The notes under the pieces are model-generated. The model ran no database searches, was not told the origin of the DNA, and saw only the letters and a list, made by a program, of their open reading frames with translations. Below are positions 62,076 to 64,000 of a DNA stretch of 64,000 nucleotides, piece after piece. The stretch's first letter is position 1; each line of letters begins with the position of its first letter. Source of the stretch: Oikopleura dioica (Eukaryota > Animalia > Chordata); the NCBI GenBank assembly GCA_907165135.1, contig OU015568.1, positions 16,875,208 to 16,939,207 on the forward strand, read 5' to 3'. The position numbers and the translations under genes are program-made.

Positions 62076-64000
62076 TTAATTTTTTGGTGTTGAAGTTTGA
62101 ACAGGCTCAACTTCAGATTTTGCTATTTTGGGTAAATGCGAGTCTGCCTCTTCTTTCGACGGTCGCTTGAGGGCTTCTTTGCGCTCAAATTCCTGCTTTT
62201 CCCATTGTTTTTCTGCTCTAACGCCGGTAAAGTCATGAACTTCCAGCGTTTTCAGCCACTCCACCATGCTTTCTTCCTCTGAAATTCATTTTTAAGTATT
62301 GATAGAAGAGTAGACATACATCTTTTTCCTACTTGAGAAGGCTCAAAATCAAGTCCGGCTAATTGTTTTCCATTCCAATTAAAAGTTCAATCTCACCTGT
62401 GTCCATCTTGAAAATGACCGGGAGAATATTTTCCTTTGCAAAATTATCCATGTCACTTTGCTTATCGCTCCATTCTAGCGTCTTGCGGTTGTCCGTCCCG
62501 TAATCCTTGTTGTACACATCGTAGTGCACTTGCCGCAGCACTAGTCCATTTCCCGGCGCCTTGGGGACGTCTTCAAAGGGTCTCTTGAACGCTCTCTCCC
62601 AATGATCATCCTGGCTAAAAAATCTTGAAAGATTGAATTAGGGAATCGAATGTCTTTGATATTTATTAAAATGCCACGTTTTCGGCGGCCGCATAACCCA
62701 ACATAAGCGCCGTGCGAGAACTCTTGCCCGGGGCACCATCGCAAAGCCATTCGTACATCCCTCTCTGCTGGTGCTAGAATTTCAACAAGGGACAACGACA
62801 TAACCGCTTATCTCGGCTTTAAAATTTGATAAAACGGGAAATTTTCTCAAAATAAATTTCAAGAGGTTCTCTTCCTTGATTTCAAAAACGATTGTGGCAT
62901 TTCCGGAATGCGGCGAATGCTGATAATGAACTTACCAGTGATCCCCGGCTCTGGCAATAACTAATCCAACCATTTTTCTAATCTGGTGGATCATAAAACT
63001 CTGTCCAACAACCCTCAGCTCCACATATTCCCAATCATTGCAGATAAAAGGCTCTCCTTGAATCCGGAAGTCGAGAATGTGTCTCTTTGCCGACTCATCT
63101 CCTTCGAAAAAAAAAGGTCAGCTCAGAAGTTAATCGATAAAATCAGACCTTGACGCTTTCCTGACGTGAAGTTGTGATAAGATTTCGTGCCGGTGTACTT
63201 TTCAAGTAGGCTTTTGACGCATTCAAGTTTCTCGTTTTTTATTCTAAATGAACTTGGTCGATCCCAGTCTTCTTTGCTCCCGAAGCAGATTGTTGGGCAG
63301 TAGTAGCTGTAGGTTCTGTGAGTACATCGCTTCTTTGCGCAAAAGCCTGTTTTTTAGTTGGAAAAATTGAAAATGGAGAAAAATGATGATTCTTCTGAAA
63401 ATTTGCAACTTTCCTTTGGTGACCAGTTCAAAGCCAGTGAGTCGAATATCGTCTGGCAGGTGTTTATTGACCAATTCGCACAGATTTTTCGGAATTTTAC
63501 ACTTCAACGAAGCAACATTCCCGATCGCCGAGACGCCCTAAATAGAGTTGAAATCTGAGATGGAGAAAGAAGTGGAATTTGTGTCTCTGTGATTTTCCCC
63601 TGGGCCGGGCTTTGGCGCTTCTTCTTTCTCAGTCACGGTGATTCTGGCGTAATCCGATTTACGAACGCGTCCAGTTAAAATAATACCGCGCATTATTTTG
63701 TTTAATTCAGCGGGAAATCAACCTTACTGCAGCTGGGCTTGACAGCCTGTGCAGAAAACCTGGGTAAGGGCCTGAGAGATCTAGAATCACTCCAGCCTAT
63801 TTGAAAGATCTGGCGAAGCCGCAAAGCAGCTTCGTTCTTAAAGCCGCTACTCAGCTTGTCATTTAAATCGTTTCAAACCCTGAGTCAGACTCTATTTCTT
63901 TAGCAAGTCTAAATGATTACCTTATCAGTTCTGCTGCAGGATTGATATGCACATTTCTTCCTATCTGTAATAACATTAGAGTAGACAACCTTTGCAGCGA
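62076..64000 (-). CDS. PUS1: tRNA pseudouridine synthase (TruA/PUS1), 5' end outside window
   Basis: CSRTDK|GVSA (catalytic Asp); RTYSYYCP; GTKSYHNFT; GQSFMIHQIRKMVG; VPKAPGNGL. Confidence 0.9.

Overview
Eukaryotic, gene-dense, AT-rich DNA with many very short introns and frequent non-canonical GA-AG and GC-AG introns. These traits point to a larvacean tunicate (Oikopleura-like); this is an inference, not a database result. The left 25 kb holds four multi-exon genes in two head-to-head pairs: a secreted Cys-rich/trypsin mosaic protease with an orphan gene, and a probable orphan secreted protein with a SAXO-like axonemal protein. The right 38 kb is an operon-like run of 12 minus-strand genes: PUS1, GAL3ST, IVD, FAM120, SEC22A/C, BBOF1, IPO4-like, POLR1A, PDSS1, ATF6, XPNPEP3-like and DESI-like. 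An intronless EGF gene is nested antisense in SEC22 intron 1. Introns and spacers are full of non-autonomous DNA transposons, often nested. The best lead is an 805-bp element with an 8-bp TSD inserted exactly on the FAM120 start codon. Its TSD begins with GT and its TIR ends with AG, so it could be spliced out precisely as a new intron (introner-like). Other leads are a mitochondrial XPNPEP3/Icp55 homologue missing 3 of 5 metal ligands, a ~17-copy palindromic MITE with an AP-1 site in each arm, a pogo relic retaining its PIP-box, and a doubly truncated importin-4. Exon structures were assembled by eye and need transcript confirmation.
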